This document shows, one piece after another, positions 59,290 through 64,000 of a stretch of DNA of 64,000 nt. The notes under the pieces are model-generated. The model saw nothing but the letters and a program-made list of their open reading frames with translations, was not told the origin of the DNA and ran no database searches. Numbering within the stretch: position 1 is the first letter of the stretch; every line of letters begins with the position of its first letter. The DNA lies in NCBI GenBank assembly GCA_964016885.1, contig OZ024740.1, positions 286,440,001 to 286,504,000 of the forward strand, written 5' to 3'. The translations under genes were made by a program, and so were the position numbers. The stretch is from Eledone cirrhosa (lineage: Eukaryota).

Positions 59290-62010
59290 GTCAGCAGCTG
59301 CCACCTGCGAAGTGCTGGATGGTGCCCACTTCTATAGCGGATAAGGTGGGTGAGATCAGCCTTGTCTATAGCGTTTTCGACTCTCTCGTCCGGCGGTTTG
59401 CTGAAGGTTTGGATAGTTCTCTCGTGGGTGAAGGGTGCTGGTCTACACTCCCTTTTGATGAGAGATTGTCTCGTGGCATGGTCAGCAGGCGTGTTAGGTT
59501 GTGGAAGTGAGGAGCCCTGCTTTGCGAGTTTGTCTGCTAGTTCATTCCCTTGTAGATTACAGTGACCAGGGACCCATACAACAGTTAGGTTTTTGTCTTC
59601 TCCGAGGTTGTTAACTGCTGCCTGGAGTTCTGTTATAGTGGGATCTTTGGGAGCAGATTTGTCGACTGCCTGAACTAGAGATTTACAGTCGCAGATGATG
59701 GTCGCCGAAGTCCATTTTGCGTTATTGGTTTGTAACCAGTGGATGGCTTCTCTAAGCACAGCTTTTTCTGAGTGAAAGGAGCTACTTCTAGCGCCTGTTG
59801 CTGTACGCCACTCATGGACGACCTCACCATCTTTCATGATGACCATACCAGCTCCGCCATTGGTAGTACCTTCTTTTGTAGACCCATCGGTGTAGATTTG
59901 AACATCTGACGGGGCGAGGGTTGATATGGTGTCTAAGGCTGCCGTCAGTTGTTGGTTTGCGTTTTGAGACTTTGAGGTATTGGTGTAGATTACATGTATC
60001 GGGGGTGGGGTTAGCCATGGGGGAGGTTCTGGGTCTTTGGGTAGGGGTGTCGAGGGGATAAGATGTAGTTGTGCCAGGTTCTTGGATTGGGTGCCTCTCC
60101 AGTCTGTCTTTTTGAGGCTTTTTCGGCAGCTGGTATTGAAAACTTCGTCCGTCTTTGGTAGGTTTGCCCAGTGATCAGCTTTAAGCAGTGTAAATGTCGA
60201 GAATCTGAAGGAGAGCGTAGGTAACTGGGATTCTGCTAGCACAGTGTCGGTCGGCATGGTTCTGACTTGGCCAGTGATGGCTCGAGCCACGTCTCGTTGT
60301 ACTCTTTCGAGCTTGCCGATGTTGGTGGCAGACAACCAGGGTGTCAACGCTGGGACCGCATATTCTGCGATGCTTCGTTGTACGGCAGTGTAGATTTGAC
60401 CAAGATCCGCCTTCTTCCAGGCCCACGTCGTTCCTGCTACAGTTTTTAGTAGGTTCGTTCTCGATTGGATAGTTCGACATACCTTCTCGACATGTTCCTC
60501 AAAGGTTAACTGCCGATCGTATGTGATGCCCAGGAATTTTGGGAAAGGGTTGCAAGAAAGTTGCTTCCCGGCTATTGCGATACTGGGCTGCCACTTTGCC
60601 TCTGCTCCATCAAGACAGAAAAATGCTGTCTCGCATTTATTAATATTGAGCTGCAGTCTAGCTTCCTTGCTCCATTCAGCTACCTTGTCAACCTCTTTTT
60701 GTAGTAGGACGGCTACTTCATCTTTATTCCTTCCGTTACACGCGATCGCCAGATCATCTGCGTAGGCGCTGACGTGGGTAGATTCTTCAAATCCATCTAG
60801 GAGTCTGTTTATGTAGACCATGAAGAGGATTGGAGACAGGACGGCCCCTTGTGGAATGCCTTCTTTAAACACTCTGCTCCTACCTGTCGTTGAGTTAAGA
60901 TGGACTCTTGCGGTGCGGTTCACGAACCATGTCGACAACCATTCAACAAAAGGTAGGGGAACACCAAGCCTGAGCATGCTCTGCAGTAGTCCGGTTCTCC
61001 AGATACGATCGTACGCCCTGCTAAAGTCGAAAAAGGGTGGCTAGGGTGCGTTTGCGCTGCGACGACTGGAACCCATCCGAGATGAATTGGGAGAGTCGGA
61101 GGCATTGATCGGTTGTACTGCGTCCTTTCCTGAAACCCGCCTGCCAGGGACTGAGAATCGAATGCTCCTCGAGCCACCATGACAGACGGGTAGCAATCAG
61201 TCTTTCAAGTAGTTTTCCTATTGTTGAGGTCAGTGATATTGGGCAGTAGCTCCCTACTTCTGCTGGATCTTTGCCTTTTTTGTGGAAATGTATGATTGTC
61301 GCCGTCCGCCATGACTGAGGGCACCAATTTTTCGTCCAACTATGGTTTAAAATTTGCAAAAGTTCAATTTGAATAGATTTGGTTAGGTGTTTGAGAAGGT
61401 CTGGCGCTATTTCATCTGGACCTGCTGTTTTACGTGCTTTGATCTTTTTAATTGCAGCGTTGAGTTCATCCAGGGTGAAATCGGCTTCTATCCTTTGCCT
61501 AGGGGAAAGGAGCAGGTCTTTCATTTCTCTTTTCAATAGTCTTCCTGTCCTTCTTGATTCTTTGTCGCTCTTTCTTCCACTTATAGTGGCATACTCTCGT
61601 ACAAAAGCGGCAGCCTTCCCCCGGTCGCTGGCGTAGACAGTACCTTCATATGTCAAAGATTTCCCAGTTGACTTTGAAGCTTTGCCACATAATGACTTTA
61701 CCATGGCCCATGCCTGCTTGGTATCTTTCGTGTCTGAGATTTTTGTAAGTGATTTCGACACGCTTCCCTTTTTCCTTCTTCTGTGAGTCTTGCAATTCCT
61801 TTGCAGGTCTCCATCCATTCAGCACGGTTTCTTCCCATGTCACGCCGCAGTTTGTTACATTTACGGATTAAGCTTTTTAGTTCTGGATTCATCCAGGGTG
61901 TCTCCCGTGGACGGACGACTTTAAGTGGCACCGCTTTGTCCTCCGCCTTTTTTAGGAGAACGGATAGGTCAACCAACTTGTCGGAATGGGAAGTTTGTTC
62001 AGTTACCTGA
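59290..62010 (-). mobile_element. I-group (Ingi/Nimb-like) LINE with RT and RNase H, disrupted
   Basis: RT: KTAGPDEI, SYCPISLTS, QAGFRKGRST, GIPQGAVLSP, AYADD, KFLGITYD. RNase H: IYTDGS, SSFHSE, ICDCKS, WVPGHCNLQGNELADKLAK. No APE domain or C-terminal CCHC is seen. Confidence 0.88.
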
Positions 62011-64000
62011 GATACTCCTTTATTGAAACACTTCTTGTTGTTGCTGCTATCGAAGCGAAGTCACAGCAAATCTTCAGTAGAATCGAAGTCGAGCGTTGAA
62101 GAGCCTAGAGTCACCAATATGCAAGTCACGTCTGACGCCATAGTGTGGTGAGAAAGGCAATGAGTTCGAATCATGTCGGACGTTAGAAACATCGATGAAT
62201 CGTGAAGTTTTGTACAGCAGTGAAGATTTGCAAGCGTCGAATTCACCATTATGTGGTGAGAAGGCTGTTGTTGTTTTAATTCTCGAGTCACTGTTGTAGC
62301 GAGAAGGCTGTTGTTGTTTTAACTTGGATTACTGTTTGTAGTGAGAAGGTTGTTGTTGTTTCGATTCTCGAGTCACTGTTGTAGCAGACAGTGAGAAGTT
62401 GTAGTGGTTATAATATGACAAATGGTTATAATATGACAAAGACGATAAAATAGGTGAAGCATAGAAGTAAACAATATGATGTGTGGTGGTTTGCATTGGT
62501 AGGACTATAAAGGTACCACATCGTTGTTCCCTGTTTATGGTTAGTGGGTAACCAATGTTGTCGCTGCTGCTGATGATGATTTTGTTGATGTTGCAGGTAG
62601 CCATGTTGAAAAAAAAATTTTTCATGCTATAATTTTTTAAAAGACAGCTAATTTTTCCCCTCCCCAAATCACTTCCCTTGTGCCTAAAGTAGAAACAATT
62701 ATTTACTTATTAAACTGAGCCACTGAACAACTTAAATATAACAGTCTTGTATACAATTGTAGGTGGCAAATTAACAGAGTTGTTAGAGCATAGGAAAAAC
62801 TGCCTTGTGCACTGAGTTTGAATCCTACTGAAATCAACTTTGCCTTTCTTCTTGTCAGCATTGATAAAATAAAGTACCATTTCAGTGTGGTGGTTTAGCA
62901 GAATTGTTAGTGTTGGGTGAGATACCATGCAGTGGATGTTCTAGCTCTTTTCACCCTGGGTTCAAATTCTGCAGTGGCCTACTTAAGTACCTTTACTGGA
63001 GTCCACTCTGTTACTAGCATTCAGACTAAGTATTCAGTTTAAAGGTACCTTACCTTTTTCCGACCACTAGTCTTGAAGGCCCGGAAAAGTATGACTGGCA
63101 CTGCCTTTCCATTCCTGACTAATCAGTAAAGAAAAATAATGTCTTAAACATTTTTTGAAGTCACCGGCTATATTAATTAAATATTTTTCAGCATTGTTGA
63201 TTACTTCTGATGAAGGCAAAGTTCATTTATTTAGGAATGGAGTGAGGTAGTGTAATATTTATTTTGCTTCAAACTATTCAGGGAACAGTAATTTAATATA
63301 TTATTAACTCCATGCAGTTTTTGTGTACACATAATTAATTGATAATTAATGTTTGCTTACATTTATAGTATCAATGTTTATATATTATTTCAACTGTGTA
63401 TGAAATTTTCTTGGCTGATTTGTTGATATGAAAGGTAGTCTTGAATTAATTAAAAGTCTACTGAGCTGGATGATTTATGGAAGCAAGAGATATGTAATGA
63501 ACATGGGGCAGCAGAGAGGACTGGAAAGAATGGAAATAAAAATGGTTTTGTGGATGAGCAGAGTATCACTCATAGAGGAAGACAAACAATGACTTACAGA
63601 AGATGATGGGAATAAAGCTAGTGATGAATGTTGTGAAGAGTAATAATTGAATGAGAGAGTTGAGTCCTGTGTTAAAGAAGAATGAAAATGATGTAGTGAG
63701 AAGAGTGATAGAAATAAATGTGGAAGATCAATAAAGGACATAGCTAAAGATGATGGAGGAGGACACGAAAGTCATGGATTTAGTGCATGAGGATGCAGAC
63801 AATAAGGAAAATTGTTAAGATTGTTATGGGGTCTGCAAGACTAATCACTACTATAGTAGGAAAAATGAATTTAATATACATGTTGCTATACTTAGCTGGA
63901 AAACATTTGCAATAAAGAAGAGATAATCTGCACTTCCTTTTATAGCTACAAGCCTCATAATGAGCACCAGTAGAATAGAGTACTTTGTTCTATCTGTAAT

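Overview
AT-rich, microsatellite-rich animal genomic DNA. The repeat landscape (RTE LINEs with (GAT)n tails, tRNA-derived SINEs, Penelope-like elements) is most consistent with a mollusc, probably an octopus-type cephalopod; this taxon call is inference. Two host genes are supported, both on the minus strand. NR2C2AP has 4 coding exons and 144 aa, and its last intron is a U12-type AT-AC intron. NDUFA2 is intact and intronless (95 aa). Most of the rest is transposable element DNA: a Ty3/Gypsy provirus with both LTRs, PBS, PPT and TSD; many RTE LINEs carrying a PHD finger behind the RT; CRE-clade, CR1 and I/Ingi-group LINEs; a Penelope-like GIY-YIG element; a non-autonomous Helitron; mariner and piggyBac remnants; and about ten SINEs. 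The most striking unannotated signal is a set of type I hammerhead ribozyme motifs, all on the minus strand. Two essentially intact ones lie in ~208-bp direct repeats at 57441-58115, with predicted cleavage sites 468 nt apart, which is a retrozyme-like, potentially circRNA-producing unit. Further, more degenerate hammerheads occur at ~31.0, 40.7, 37.4 and 26.9 kb. All coordinates and alignments were read by eye, so boundaries of degenerate TE fragments are approximate.
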